A stretch of DNA of 64,000 nucleotides from an uncultured Acidobacteriota bacterium (GTDB lineage Bacteria > Acidobacteriota > Terriglobia > Acidiferrales > UBA7541): the NCBI GenBank assembly GCA_963719845.1, contig CAVRDM010000016.1:14654-78653 (forward strand), written 5' to 3'. A program made the position numbers and the translations under genes. Shown piece by piece: positions 1-11,410 of this stretch (positions are counted from its first letter, which is position 1; each line of letters opens with the position of its first letter). The notes beneath the pieces were generated by a model. The model made no database searches and was not told the origin of the DNA. It worked only from the letters and a program-made list of their open reading frames with translations.

Positions 1-978
1 CAGCAGATAAATGGGAGATGCGTCCTGCGTCAGCGTAGTTACCTCGTTCTGCGTCAGCAAAAGAGGAGCAGCTCTGTGAAAGACTCCTAGGTAAAAGATA
101 TACACAATAAAACCGGCCAGTACGATACCCGCGATGGCTCCCTCGCGTCTAAACCTTTTGGCCGGTGCACATGCCAAAGCGCCAAAGACGCGGGTACCCG
201 TTTTTGGAAATTGAAACCATGCCCAGCAAAGGAGTAGTGCTGGAAACAGGAAGACCGCGGTGAATTTTGTCAGAAGTGCCCCTGCTAAACTGACAGAAAA
301 CATTACGGTGTTGCGCCAGGTTGGCTCCTGCCACAAAGATGCGAAGTACCACATCGTCCACATCGCGAACAGCGCCACGGGAACATCCGTCAGCACCAAC
401 GATCCGTAGGAAATGAAGAATGGGGACGTTACGAAAAGCGTTAACGTTAGCGCTCCGCCCCAAGTTCCGGCAAGCTGCCGTGCCATCTCATATAAACTTA
501 GCCCGAGCAATAGTGTTATGGCGATCATCGGAAGGCGGGCAAGAAACAGGAGCGTTCCTCGATTGGTCCACGATTCGAATGATTTTTCCCCGAAATTGTT
601 CTCGGCTTTTACACCGGGGCTGACGACATTCCACGTTGAATCGCTGTAATCGGGCTTTGCGTGCATCAGCAGAAGCGGGAACGCTGCGAGCATCTTAATC
701 AGCGGCGGATGCTGAATGTTCATGCGCACATCGAAACGCTGTAAGTAACTCAGCCCTGCGGGAATGTGAACCGTTTCGTTGGCAGTAACTGCTTCCGTAC
801 GGATGGATCCGATGCATAACGCCAGGAACAACATCGAGGCCCCGAGTACGAAGATCTTCTCCCCGCGGGACCACGGTAGCCGCTTCCCGGCGGGCGCATG
901 GGCTGCGGGGAGCCCAACAGAATCGTCCAAGTCCTTGGAGAAGGAGCTTTGGCTGCTCTGTGGGACAGGCGGTTGCAT
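1..978 (-). CDS. GT-C fold (ArnT/PMT-like) polytopic membrane glycosyltransferase, first 326 codons; gene continues past the left edge
   Basis: Not in the ORF track because it has no stop inside the window. My translation of the minus strand from the ATG at complement(976..978) stays open to base 1: MQPPVPQSSQ...TVHIPAGLSYLQRFDVRMNIQHPPLIKMLAAFPLLL...LARLPMIAITLLLGLSLYEMARQLAG... There is an AAAGGAG Shine-Dalgarno at complement(984..990). It has several hydrophobic helices and an HPPL-type first-loop motif as in PMT/ArnT-like enzymes. ORFs 149..463(-), 750..1082(-) and 779..1105(+) are off-frame shadows. Confidence 0.6.
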   Translation of the reverse strand, partial: MQPPVPQSSQSSFSKDLDDSVGLPAAHAPAGKRLPWSRGEKIFVLGASMLFLALCIGSIRTEAVTANETVHIPAGLSYLQRFDVRMNIQHPPLIKMLAAFPLLLMHAKPDYSDSTWNVVSPGVKAENNFGEKSFESWTNRGTLLFLARLPMIAITLLLGLSLYEMARQLAGTWGGALTLTLFVTSPFFISYGSLVLTDVPVALFAMWTMWYFASLWQEPTWRNTVMFSVSLAGALLTKFTAVFLFPALLLCWAWFQFPKTGTRVFGALACAPAKRFRREGAIAGIVLAGFIVYIFYLGVFHRAAPLLLTQNEVTTLTQDASPIYLL

Positions 979-1713
979 CTGTTCTCCTTTAGCGTGCGTT
1001 CGGCGCCTTCCCCTTGTGCTGCAACTGTGGCTCGGGGATCGATGTGCCTGCGGAACTTTTGCGTGTGCAGCGAAGCCGCCAAGATGCCACCCGCGGTCTA
1101 AATAGCTCCGGCTCGGCTGCACGGCGCGTGCTCGGCGAGATCACCTGATATGTTTGCGCATAGGCAGCCGGATTTCCAGTGTCTGGTAAGCACAATCCAC
1201 GCGACGGCTTTTGCGAACAGTTTTAGCGATGTTGCGCTAGCGCTTATTGGCGTGCTTGCATTTTGGATTGGATTGAGTGGTCGCGGTCTCTACTCGGCAG
1301 GCATTTTCTCGGTCACACGTTGAAAAGACGCCTGCTGGAAGGGCCGTCGGCTCGTTAGAGTTCTGCCTTATCCTGCTGACCTGATAGTCTTTAAGAGCAC
1401 AGGTAAGCATCCGTCGCCTCACTTTGCGATTGACGCTATTGTTGGCACGCTGCATTTGTTGGCTTTAAGTCAAAACCTCATTGTCAAGATCGCTTTCAGA
1501 CCCCAATGGACAGATGGCATCGCATGCAGTGCAAAGAGTCTGGCGCGAGCGTGACCTGATCACTGGCCTAGCCCCGCTGCAAACAGAATTTAAATACAAG
1601 CCTTCGCTCAAAGATATCCGGATGTTTATGTATTTATCTTGCAATTACTGAGGGGCTTAATTCTTTATAGGTATTTCGTGGCATGAGGAGAGAAAAAACA
1701 CCGACCAAAGAAA

Positions 1714-2913
1714 ATGCCTATGAGTCCGTGCCCCGGACCGTCTGGCTGCCGGTGGGCCCCCTCGGCGCCGCGCATTAGCGCTTCGCGACCCGTTGACGCC
1801 CAGGCGCCAAAACCATTTTATGAGCCCGAACTTGATTCCTTGCGGTTGCTGGCGTTTTTAGGAGTATTCGCTTTTCATACGCGTAGTTACCTTCAGTACG
1901 CCTGGTTATCTCCCCGGCTGCGGGCCATAACTCTTACGATAGATGATGCCGGCGCGTTCGGGGTAGATCTTTTCTTTGTCTTAAGCGCCTACCTGATTAC
2001 CACACTCCTGCTGAGGGAGAAAAGAACAACGGGGAATCTCAATGTCCCGGCATTTTATCTGAGAAGAATCCTGCGCATTTGGCCTCTTTATTTCTTTTTC
2101 CTCGGCCTCGCCTCTTTATGGCCTCTGGTTGACGGCGGCCCGCACCTTGGGTGGAAGTATTTGGCCGGCTACAGCCTGCTTGCCGGTAACTGGGTGACGA
2201 TACTTTTGGGAGTGCCGCATTCCGTGGCACATCCTTTATGGAGCGTTTCCATGGAGGAACAGTTCTACGTTTGTTGGCCACCATTGGTTAGAAGGCTGTC
2301 GATTAAAGGCCTGGGGATCGCTGTAATTATCCTGCTATTTACGTCAAATGCGACCCGGTTGCTTCTCTATGTTCTTATCCATCCGAGAAATCAAACTATC
2401 TGGTTTAACACCTTTACTCGCCTTGATCCGATTGCGCTGGGCATCTTCCTGGCGCTTCTACTGTTCGCAAAGAGAATCGAACTGGGAGGGGTGGGGCGCA
2501 TCCTGTTGTTGAGCGTTTCTTTATTGGCCCTGCTAGCTGTATCCGCATTCGCCGACTTGAATTGGGATGCGCAGCCCATGTCAGTCGTTGGGTTATTCAG
2601 TTATCCGATTGTGGCCCTCGGTTGTGCTGGGATTTTCCTGGCGACACGAGGCGTGAGTTCGCGAATAGTTCGTAACGGTGCATTGATCTACTTGGGGAAG
2701 ATTTCCTTCGGGTTGTATGTCTATCACATCCTCGGTATGTCGATTGCCGAGCGTTTATTACCGCCCTTCCGTGGATCTTTCCACATTGCCCTTGGAATTA
2801 CTGCCGGACTTTGCTTGACGATCATCCTGGCATTGGTTTCTTACAATTTCCTCGAGTTGCCATTTCTACGATGGAAGAAGCGTTTTACATACGTTCCATC
2901 GCGACCTATTTAA
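1714..2913 (+). CDS. Acyltransferase family 3 (OafA/YrhL-type membrane O-acyltransferase)
   Basis: 399-aa ORF with about 10 hydrophobic helices. Motifs LDSLRLLAFLGVFAFH, LRRILRIWPLYFFF and HPLWSVSMEEQFY are typical of acyltransferase_3. The start is uncertain because the first ~40 aa are Pro/Ser-rich. Confidence 0.8.
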   Translation: MPMSPCPGPSGCRWAPSAPRISASRPVDAQAPKPFYEPELDSLRLLAFLGVFAFHTRSYLQYAWLSPRLRAITLTIDDAGAFGVDLFFVLSAYLITTLLLREKRTTGNLNVPAFYLRRILRIWPLYFFFLGLASLWPLVDGGPHLGWKYLAGYSLLAGNWVTILLGVPHSVAHPLWSVSMEEQFYVCWPPLVRRLSIKGLGIAVIILLFTSNATRLLLYVLIHPRNQTIWFNTFTRLDPIALGIFLALLLFAKRIELGGVGRILLLSVSLLALLAVSAFADLNWDAQPMSVVGLFSYPIVALGCAGIFLATRGVSSRIVRNGALIYLGKISFGLYVYHILGMSIAERLLPPFRGSFHIALGITAGLCLTIILALVSYNFLELPFLRWKKRFTYVPSRPI

Positions 2914-3082
2914 GTGTCAGAATTGGTTCTCTTCCTGAAATAGCACGTCCGCCCCGTTTTCTTTTATCCGCGGATGATGCTATCCGCCTGTCATCAGCTC
3001 GCTCCGTAAGAGGACAATCCGAGGAAAATGGCTTGATCAGACGTGCGGCGACGCCCTATGCCAAGAGTCGGGAGCGGAGTAT

Positions 3083-4612
3083 CTAAGGTGCGGTAATAAC
3101 CTGTGGTCTTTCGTAAAGCCGAAGTTCCCACACGTGGGCCCTCTTGAATGACCACGCCACGTTCCAGTGTTGGGCAACGATAAGGCGCATTGGTTGTTCC
3201 GGCGGCATGTATTGGTAGATAAACGCAGGCATTAAGACATACTTAACATCGGCGGGAAGCGGGGTGTCGGCGAAAGTGCTAAAGCGCATTTCGCTTACGT
3301 CCCAGGCAACCGGAATGCCGTATTGTTGGGCATAGAACCGAAGGATAGGGGATCCGTACACGAGCACTTTGGCTTTTTCACCCAAGCGGTTATTGTTTCC
3401 CTTCAAAAAAGCTCGGTATCCGTCGGTCGCCAGGTAAGGTATGTAACTGGAACTTCGCGAAAGCCAGATCAGGTTTAGCGCTGCCAGGATCATGACTGCG
3501 GCCAAACCGAACCGGATTAGCCGGGGCTCGTAACTCAGTGCTTCATCGAATAGGGCGCCGGTTGCCAGGCACAACACCCCAATGAACTGGAGGAGATATC
3601 GTGCTCCCGCTATAGCCGCCACCAGTGCGGTGGCTAAAAAAAACGCCAAGCAAATTGCGAGGTAAGCATGTTTGGATGATACGCGGCCGTTTCTGAAGGC
3701 CTTCCATAGAGCCATTAAAATGATCGAGATGGAAAATCCGAGAATCGGCGCGTCAAGGTGTGCAAGCCAGTAGACTACCGACCAGCGTGGCGTGACTTCG
3801 AAGATTTTATCGCCCACGAGGGTGGGGTGAGATGGATAATTCAAAACAAGAAATTTAAAATCGCTAAGGATGACATGCTGCAGAACACCGGGAGGCCACA
3901 AGGTCAAAGCAACGATGGCGGCCGTCGCAAAAATGACTGGAATAAACCATGAAATTTTGAAGTGTGTTCGGTCCCACGCAATCCATTTTCCGCCCGACAG
4001 GGTGACGGCCACGGCCCAGCAGAGAGCGGCGGGTATCACATACGTCATCGAGACGGCGCCGAAGCCCATGATTGCCCCGAGCACGATGCCCGCCTGCAGC
4101 GTGGGCGTGTCGAGCCACTGATAGCCCAAGCCGACGATCCCGAGCGTGCAAAATAGCATCAGATCGTGGGGTCCAAGAATATACGTTTCTTCGAGGCGGA
4201 TCACACTGAACAGCAATAAACTGGAGCCGGCAAGCGCCGCAGCCCGCGATGTTCTAAAAGAGCGCCTTAGCGTCCAATATAATAATCCGATCGCGAGGGA
4301 GCCCACCAGCGCTTCAAAGAAGCGTAAGCGGTCCTCGACTGACCCTGCCGGCAACACTTGTTGCCCCAGTTTAGCGAGATAGATCGCCATGGGGCCATGA
4401 CTGTGACGGAAATACTCTGATCGACTCCAAAGAAAACGCCAAGTATTGGATATGTTACTAGCGTAATCGGCTTCGTCCCAATCCAATTCCGGCGAGGCGC
4501 ACGAGAGCATGAGGACTACCGACACCAAAGTCAAGATCGTGACGACCGCCAGAGTTATCAGCCGTTCTGAGGAAATAAGACTACGACTAGACTTTGGGGC
4601 GGTGACATCCAT
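3083..4612 (-). CDS. GT-C fold membrane glycosyltransferase (GT39/ArnT-like)
   Basis: 509-aa ORF with about 12 hydrophobic helices. It has an acidic first-loop motif (ELDWDEADYASN) and a ~110-aa soluble C-terminal domain. This architecture resembles lipid-carrier-dependent GT-C enzymes. Confidence 0.6.
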   Translation of the reverse strand: MDVTAPKSSRSLISSERLITLAVVTILTLVSVVLMLSCASPELDWDEADYASNISNTWRFLWSRSEYFRHSHGPMAIYLAKLGQQVLPAGSVEDRLRFFEALVGSLAIGLLYWTLRRSFRTSRAAALAGSSLLLFSVIRLEETYILGPHDLMLFCTLGIVGLGYQWLDTPTLQAGIVLGAIMGFGAVSMTYVIPAALCWAVAVTLSGGKWIAWDRTHFKISWFIPVIFATAAIVALTLWPPGVLQHVILSDFKFLVLNYPSHPTLVGDKIFEVTPRWSVVYWLAHLDAPILGFSISIILMALWKAFRNGRVSSKHAYLAICLAFFLATALVAAIAGARYLLQFIGVLCLATGALFDEALSYEPRLIRFGLAAVMILAALNLIWLSRSSSYIPYLATDGYRAFLKGNNNRLGEKAKVLVYGSPILRFYAQQYGIPVAWDVSEMRFSTFADTPLPADVKYVLMPAFIYQYMPPEQPMRLIVAQHWNVAWSFKRAHVWELRLYERPQVITAP

Positions 4613-4780
4613 GTCCCATTATAAGTTAGATTCGGGAAAGCGCAGTTCTGACGGAGGATTCAAGTTTAATGTCTATTTCACATCCGAACGCCTCGCTCCG
4701 GCGGCAGCACGGGGAAGAAACGCCCCGCCTCTCGGGAGCACCCCGGAACGACCTCGAAGGAGACGGACGTTCGCACCCCG

Positions 4781-7700
4781 TCAGAATACCAACTTCGCAG
4801 CAAACTGAAGTTCCCGCGGGTCTTGCGCACTGGTAATCGCACCGAAGTTAGATGCCCCGAAAATTCGGCCTGGAAGATTGAAATTCGGATGATTCAGCGC
4901 GTTGAAAGCATCGAAGCGGAATTGCATCGTGAAGTTCTCATGTGAGATCCACTCCTTCTGGAGTGACAAATCAAGGTTTTCTAATCCGGGTCCAAGGACG
5001 TCGTTTCGCCCTGCGGTTCCGAAGGTGTATGGAGCAGGAAGCGCAAAGGCCGAGGTGTTGAACCACTGCTCCGGCGTTTTTGGGCCGGCGTTAGGAACAC
5101 CAACTAAATTGGGACGCTCAAGGTTGTTACCGCCCACAAGGCCGATATTTGCTACGTCGGCCGCCGCAGACAGGTTCACCGTAAACGGAGCTCCGCTCTG
5201 GAGCATCAAAATGCCGCTGGCCCGCCAGCTTCCTGCAAAAGCGTGCAGCAACCCATGCGATCCTCTGGCAAGAGGAAGATCGTAGACCGCGTTGGCCGTG
5301 AACCGGTTGCGGTGGTCAAAGCTCGAAGGTCCCTTTTCTAGATCTGGATCGTACGCGTTTTGCGGGAGGTTGTATTCGGCGTTGGTCGTGCCGGTGTCGG
5401 ACGCATCGTCCATGGACTTGGAAAAGGTGTACTCCGCGTCAAACGAGAGGCCGCGAGTAAACCGACGCGTCACCTTCAGCGTGAGCCCGTTGAAGGTTGC
5501 CCATCCGTCCCAGCGAATGGTGGTGAAGGCGCCCAGCTCTGGGTAAGGGCGGCGTCCTTGGACGGCCCCCGGGCCGGGCAAGGGAACATTAACGACTGTA
5601 GAACTGTCGGCATGTACGGTTCGCGACCCCACATAGTTGGCTTCAACCGTTGTATTGGCGGTGATCGCCCGCTGGACCGCCAGGTTCCAAACCTCGTTGT
5701 ACTCAATCTGATAGTCGTGGTTCACGCTATTAGCTCCAATAGCGCCCGTAGGGCTACTGGCCAAGATATTCTCGGTCGTAAACGACGGCGTCGTGCCTGA
5801 GTTGCCGACGGTCTTTACGAGGAAGAACGGCATGTTTTCTGCCAGATTTTGCAGAATGCTATAGGCGGCCTGGTTGGTGTAGATGCCAAATCCAGCTCGA
5901 ACAACGGTCTCGCGCGAGCCCGGAACTCGCCAGGCCACACCGAGCCGAGGAGAAAACCGCAAATAACGGGGAGTGAGCAAGCTGTCGTTCCAGCCAACGC
6001 TGGCCGCGGAAACGACAGGAATGGGGCTCAGTTTTGCGAGCGCGATCGCCGTGGGAGGCAAGTCCGCTGGGTTGCCGGCAACCACAAACGCAGGGCCACC
6101 TGGGCGCAGAGAGGTCGATGTCCGATGTCTGATTCGATTGCGCGACAAGGTTCGCATTGTATTCGTACCGCAGGCCTGCTTCGATTTTCAGGCTGGGTCG
6201 GAGCTGCCAACCATCCTCCACATAGAACTGCGCCCAGCTCGTATGAGCATTTTCAGCGCCCTCACCGATGCCAACTTGCGCTTGCGATGGGTATCCCAAC
6301 AGGAAATCCGCCAGGGCATTTCCGCTATAGGTGCCATTGTAGGTATAGATTCCGCGAGCGTCGTTCGGAAAGCGGGGATTGAAGTCGAGATGAAAAAAAT
6401 AGCCCCCAAACCGAATGCCGTGGCTGCCGCGATGGATCAGGACGTTATCGTAGAGTTCGAAATCGCGATCGGTGCGAGACGTAAAGCCCGCCGCGTCACC
6501 CATCGTGCTGAAGGTGTTGCTCAACGAAACTTGCGGGTAGCCGAGGTCCGCCGGATTCGTGGTGATACCCTGAAGGCCGTACTGTGAAGCGAAGGGATTC
6601 CCCGCATTGGGGTCTCCCTGTCCGCCGGAGACTGCGAGCCAGCCGAGCCGAAACTCGTTTACGATGTTCGTCGAGAAGGTGTGCGTCTCGGCGGCCGCCA
6701 GATTGACCGAATGCGTCCTGAGGGTGCGCCCGAAACCCGGGAGAAGCGCCTCGTTCAACACACTGGAACCGAACGGATCTAACTCCTGAGCGTCAAAAAC
6801 GGACGCGCGGATGTACGCGTTGTCCCGGTCGGAGAATTACGGTCGAGCCGCAGGTTGTACTGATTCGTGTCGATGGTCTGTCCCCCAACCGAGAGAAGAT
6901 TGTTGCTGTTTCCCGACGAGGTTGGCTGTGGCAACTTGGCAAGCAAAGCGAGGGCTGTCGCGGTCGCCGGATTATTGATGTCTGAAATGGGGGTCATTAT
7001 TCAGATTGTTGCCGGGGATGGGCTGTTTCGTGACGGGATCGATGAGTTGCTTCGTGGTGACGGGGACAAGGCCTGAGAGATCCCCGGAGCGTTGGGCGGC
7101 GGTTGGAACACTGAATACGTTGGCGAGAGAATCTCGCATTCTCTGGCCATCGTAATTGACGAAAAAGAATGTGTTGTCCTTTACGATCGGGCCTCCCAGC
7201 GTTCCCCCGAACTGATTCTCTCTAAAAGGTGGGGCCGGCTGGTTGGCGGGATCGAAAAAGTTCCTGGCGTCGAAAATGTTGTTCCTTGCGAACTCATACA
7301 GGCTGCCGTGGAAATGGTTGGTCCCCGATTTGGTGATGACGTTTATCACGCCGCCGGACTTTCCGCCGAATTCCGCGTCGTAGTCGGTTTTGTCGATCAT
7401 AACCTCTTGGATAAGGTCCGGCGGCGGGTTCAGGACCACGTTGTTGAAATACTCGTCGGTGACGCTCACGCCGTCCACGAGAAAGAGGTTGTGTCCGGTA
7501 CGTTGACCGAGAATGTTGATCAGCTTACCCGTCTGCTGCAACGAGTCCCCACGCGTGCCGCCCGGGGGATTAACGACTCCTTCGCTTAGCAACGCGAGTT
7601 GCAGAAACTCGCGGTCTTTGAGAGGCAGATCAACCACCTGCTGGTTGAAAATCACGTCCTTGACTTCCGCAGACTCGGATTGCAGCGAGTCCCGGGCACT

Positions 7701-8146
7701 GCCTGTATGGTCACCGATTCGTTTACGTCGCCGAGCTGAAGCGTGAAGTCCTGCCGGAGGTGGTCGTTCGCATGAATGGCGACGTGTTCCTGAACGGCCT
7801 GCTTGAAACCCTGTGCATCGACCGTGAGCGTGTACTCGCCCAGCGGAAGTTGCGCCAGTAGGTACTGCCCAGCATCGCTGGTCATGGATTTAAAGGTCCG
7901 CTGGGTTCCTATATTGAGCGCTACAACTGCGGCACCCGGAACACTGGCGCCGGCGGGGTCGTTGACGACGCCCGTGATGTCTGCTGTATTCATTTGTGGG
8001 AAGGCCGCAGTAGTACCCAGGATCAGCAAGCCGATCGATAGCGCCGGACCGCAAAACTGTTTCCCCAGTCGAGTCAAGGCGGAGACCCCGTTCTCCCTGA
8101 GCAGTGGGATTCGTGGATCATAGATATGAAAACTCATCCGCGTCAA
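4781..8146 (-). pseudogene. TonB-dependent receptor with N-terminal carboxypeptidase-regulatory-like domain, broken by at least 4 frameshifts
   Basis: Five consecutive minus-strand ORFs in different frames read as one protein: 7652..8146, 6972..7655, 6779..6997, 5859..6761 and 4781..6157. The parts are a signal peptide plus CarboxypepD_reg domain (ADITGVVNDPAGASVPGAAVV...YTLTVDAQGFK), a plug domain (LPLKDREFLQLALLSEGV...GKSGGVINVITKSGTN), and a beta-barrel ending in the terminal ...QFAAKLVF. Frame changes are at ~7700, ~6990 (a G5 run on the plus strand, 6989..6993), ~6836 (AATT where AATTT would restore RNFSDRDNAYIRASVFDAQ) and ~6100. Confidence 0.8.
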
Positions 8147-8517
8147 CGACCTTCAGGCAAACAACGAGAAACTGATAAGGAGTCCCCTGATCGTCGCACC
8201 AAGCCACGGCGGGCTGCGCTGGGGCAACGGCCCGCGGGCATGCCCCAAGGATTGCTTTTCGACTCGGGATCACGCGGCGCACGCTGGCGCACGTTAATGT
8301 TGAAGCTCCCTTGAGGCAGGCGTGTTGAGACTTTGCCTTTGCAGTGCTTAGGCCTTTCCATTCGGCAAGCGCAGTTCTGGCGGAGGATTCAAGCAGCGCT
8401 CTGGAACATAAAGGTTAACGCGAAAGAACACGGCGGGCATTTTCTCTTTCTTCCGCGGGGCTGGATGAGTGAAAATGTGGGACTACCTCAGCACCGTATG
8501 CAAAGGAAGGAAATATC

Positions 8518-9903
8518 ATGCGATTGGCGGTAATCGGTTGCGGATACGTGGGACTGGTAACGGGGAGCTGTCTTGCCGAGGCGGGGCATGACGTGGTCGC
8601 CACCGACAATGATGTTTCCCGCATCGCCACTCTGAATGCAGGACATCTCCCCATCTACGAGCCGGGGCTCGACGGCGTCATAGGAGACGCGCGCCGGGCG
8701 GGCCGGCTGCGTTTCACCTCCGATTGCGGGGAATCTGTGCGGGCTGCCGACGCCATTTTTATATGCGTGGGAACGCCGCCACTGGAATCGGGTGACGCCG
8801 ACCTTTCGGCCATTGATAATGTGGCGCGCCAGATTGGAGTGGAGGCGGCGGGCTCGTCAAAGTTAGTCATCGAAAAAAGCACAGTGCCCGCTCAAACAGG
8901 TGCGCAACTGCGCCGAGCGCTCACCGTGTACGGCCGGAGGGGTGGCTCGATGTTCCGCGTGGCGTCTAATCCCGAGTTCTTGCGCGAAGGGACGGCCATT
9001 GGCGATTTTTTCCATCCCGAGCGCATCGTCGTGGGCGTCGAGGACGCCGAGAGCGAGCAGCAGCTTCGGGAAATCTATAGGCCGATCCTGGAGGGCCAAT
9101 TTCACTGCCCCGTGCACCAGCCGAAGTGCCCGCCGGGTCCGGGGACGGCGTTTTTGGTGACCACCATCGCGAGCGCGGAACTGATCAAGCACGCCTCGAA
9201 TTCCTTCCTGGGACTGAAAATCTCCTACGCCAACATGGTCGCGGAATTATGCGAGCGGCTCGGCGGCAACGTGGAAGAGGTCACGCGCGCCATGGGACTG
9301 GACCCGCGCATCGGCGGACAATTTCTCAACGCCGGCCTGGGTTTCGGCGGGTTCTGCCTGCCCAAAGATATCCAGGCGTTTCTGCGCCTGGCCGAGCGCA
9401 ACGGCGTCGATTTCAGCATGCTGAAGGAGGCCGAACGGGTGAACAAGCGGCGCATCGACCAATTCATGGAAAAAGTGCGCCGGGCGTTATGGGTCGTGAA
9501 AGATAAACAGGTAGGCGTGCTGGGCCTGGCGTTCAAACCCAACACCGACGATATTCGGTTCTCGCCAGCGATTGAGGTCGTGCAACGCCTGCTTGCCGAA
9601 GGTGCGAGCGTTCGGGCGTCCGATCCGGTGGCCATTGAGCGAGCGAGCGGCGCCCTTCACGGCGTTACTTTCCTCGAGGATCCGTACGAAGTGGCCAGGG
9701 ACGCCGACGCACTCCTTCTATTGACGGAGTGGGATCAATACCGCCAGCTCGATTGGAAGCGCGTGCAGAATGAGATGGCACGACCATTGCTGCTCGATGC
9801 TCGGAACACGCTCTCGCCTAGCGAGATGAAAGCTTTGGGATTCGAATACCACAGTTTTGGCCGGCCCGAACTGAGCCTCGACACAGTATTGGTTTCGTCG
9901 TAG
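8518..9903 (+). CDS. ugd: UDP-glucose 6-dehydrogenase
   Basis: 461 aa. N-terminal Rossmann motif MRLAVIGCGYVGLVTG, the IYEPGL motif, the catalytic-Cys motif GFGGFCLPKD, and C-terminal UDP-binding region LGLAFKPNTDDIR. GGAAGGA precedes the ATG. Confidence 0.9.
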   Translation: MRLAVIGCGYVGLVTGSCLAEAGHDVVATDNDVSRIATLNAGHLPIYEPGLDGVIGDARRAGRLRFTSDCGESVRAADAIFICVGTPPLESGDADLSAIDNVARQIGVEAAGSSKLVIEKSTVPAQTGAQLRRALTVYGRRGGSMFRVASNPEFLREGTAIGDFFHPERIVVGVEDAESEQQLREIYRPILEGQFHCPVHQPKCPPGPGTAFLVTTIASAELIKHASNSFLGLKISYANMVAELCERLGGNVEEVTRAMGLDPRIGGQFLNAGLGFGGFCLPKDIQAFLRLAERNGVDFSMLKEAERVNKRRIDQFMEKVRRALWVVKDKQVGVLGLAFKPNTDDIRFSPAIEVVQRLLAEGASVRASDPVAIERASGALHGVTFLEDPYEVARDADALLLLTEWDQYRQLDWKRVQNEMARPLLLDARNTLSPSEMKALGFEYHSFGRPELSLDTVLVSS

Positions 9904-10083
9904 GCGGCCTCATTTGTATGTTCTTTTAAGCCAGCGACCCAATTCGTTTGACCAGCTCCAGCGTTTGACGTCGCCAAAAAACAGAATTCTTCTTTTAAGA
10001 ACCGTTGGGGCTCTACCAAAGTAAAATAGGCGTTAAACGCTGGCTCGTGTGCGGTGCAATTCGCGGCCGGCTCCTTGTTGACA

Positions 10084-11116
10084 ATGAATATTCGCGTGGC
10101 GAACGACCCAACAGACGCCCAAGCCTGGGACCAATTCGTGCAGCAACACGTTGCCTGCAGCAACTACCACCGCTGGGGATGGAAGCGAGCGATCGAAAAC
10201 AGCTTCCACTGGCCCACTTTCTACCTGATGGCGGAGGAGGACGACCGCATCTGCGGAATTCTTCCTCTGGTTTGGCAGAAGAGCAGGATTTTTGGCAACT
10301 TCCTCACTTCGCTGCCTTTTCTGAACTGTGGCGGGGTCATCGCCGAGAATCAGACGGCCATGGATTTCTTGGTGGCGGAGGCGATCGTCATCGCCAAACA
10401 GAAGGGTGCCGACTATCTTGAGCTCCGCCAGCGCGCGAATCCAGAGCTCAATCTGCCCACGAAGACACACAAAGTCGCCATGATCCTTCCGATTGAGCCC
10501 AACTCCGAAGCCATGTGGGCCGCGCTTCCCCACAAAGTCCGCACCGACATTCGCAAGTCCATGAAGTCGGGGCTCGAAGCGGAATTCGGCGGCCACGTAT
10601 TACTGGATATTTTTTACGACATTTTCGCAAAGAACATGAGGGACCTCGGGACACCCGTTTACGGGCGCACACTGTTCTCTGAAATTCTCAAGGCTTTCCC
10701 AAACGACAGCCACATCTGCGTGGTTCGCCACCAAGGCAAAGCCGTCGCGGTTTCGTTCTTATCCGAATATCGGGGAACGATCGAGGCGCTCTGGAGTCTC
10801 TTCGCTGTACAAGTTTGCTGCCCTTAAGCCAAACATGTTCTTGTATTGGAGCATCTTGTGCTTTGCGAGCCAAAAAGGCTTTCGTTTTTTTGACTTTGGC
10901 CGGTCTTCCGTCGGCTCGGGGACGCATCGTTTCAAGAAGCAATGGGGCGCGCAAGAGGTTCCGTTGCACTGGGTTTACTGGGTGCCCAGCGGCGCGTCGC
11001 TCCCCGAAGTAAACAACGAAAATCCGCGATACCAACTCGCAATTCGAATATGGCAGAAGCTTCCCGTGTCCGTCACAAAGCTGATGGGGCCACCAATAGT
11101 GAAGTGCCTGCCCTAG
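10084..11116 (+). pseudogene. FemAB-family XrtA/PEP-CTERM system-associated (aminoacyl)transferase, interrupted by one frameshift near 10795
   Basis: ORF 10054..10827 (likely start MNIRVAN at 10084) and ORF 10835..11116 are in different frames but are colinear with one FemAB/TIGR03019-like protein: ...HRWGWKRAIENSFHWPTFYLMAEE...LPFLNCGGV... then ...LYKFAALKPNMFLYWSILCFASQKGFRFFDFGRSSVGSGTHRFKKQWGAQE. Confidence 0.7.
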
Positions 11117-11410
11117 ATTTCGGAGCGCCTGTAATCGACGTTGGATCGCTTGCCCGGTTGACTCGAGATGCAGCAAAGGGCTGAGCATCTGCTCCAAGCC
11201 ATACGAAGAGCAATTCCATATTTCGGCAAGCTCTATCTCATTTGATAGGCCGTCGTGGCAAGATTTAGGGCCGGGGAATGCAGGAACAAAGTTATGGAGC
11301 TTTTCAACTGATTGAACAATAATGGCTTATGACGATGAGTTGAACTCATTGAGTCGACTCGGTTTCTTCTCGCGTGGCAAGTAGAATGCTAAGTGTAGCA
11401 GTGAAAGACA

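Noticed and set aside
149-1105. ORFs 149..463(-), 750..1082(-), 779..1105(+) and 898..1101(+) listed at the left edge.
   Set aside because: A single uninterrupted minus-strand frame (978 down to 1) with a strong SD and membrane-protein sequence explains the region. The listed ORFs are in other frames.
2970-2987. Hairpin GCGGAT-GATGCT-ATCCGC between the convergent genes at 2913 and 3083, considered as a terminator.
   Set aside because: It has only a 6-bp stem and no T-tract following it on either strand. The support is too weak.
5849-6587. Plus-strand ORFs 5849..6382 and 5973..6587, and similar shadow ORFs elsewhere (10033..10596-, 12535..13056-, 21663..22190-, 27413..28177-, 9225..9635-).
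   Set aside because: Each overlaps a well-supported gene on the opposite strand or in another frame, and each has an Arg/Pro-rich or otherwise non-protein-like composition.
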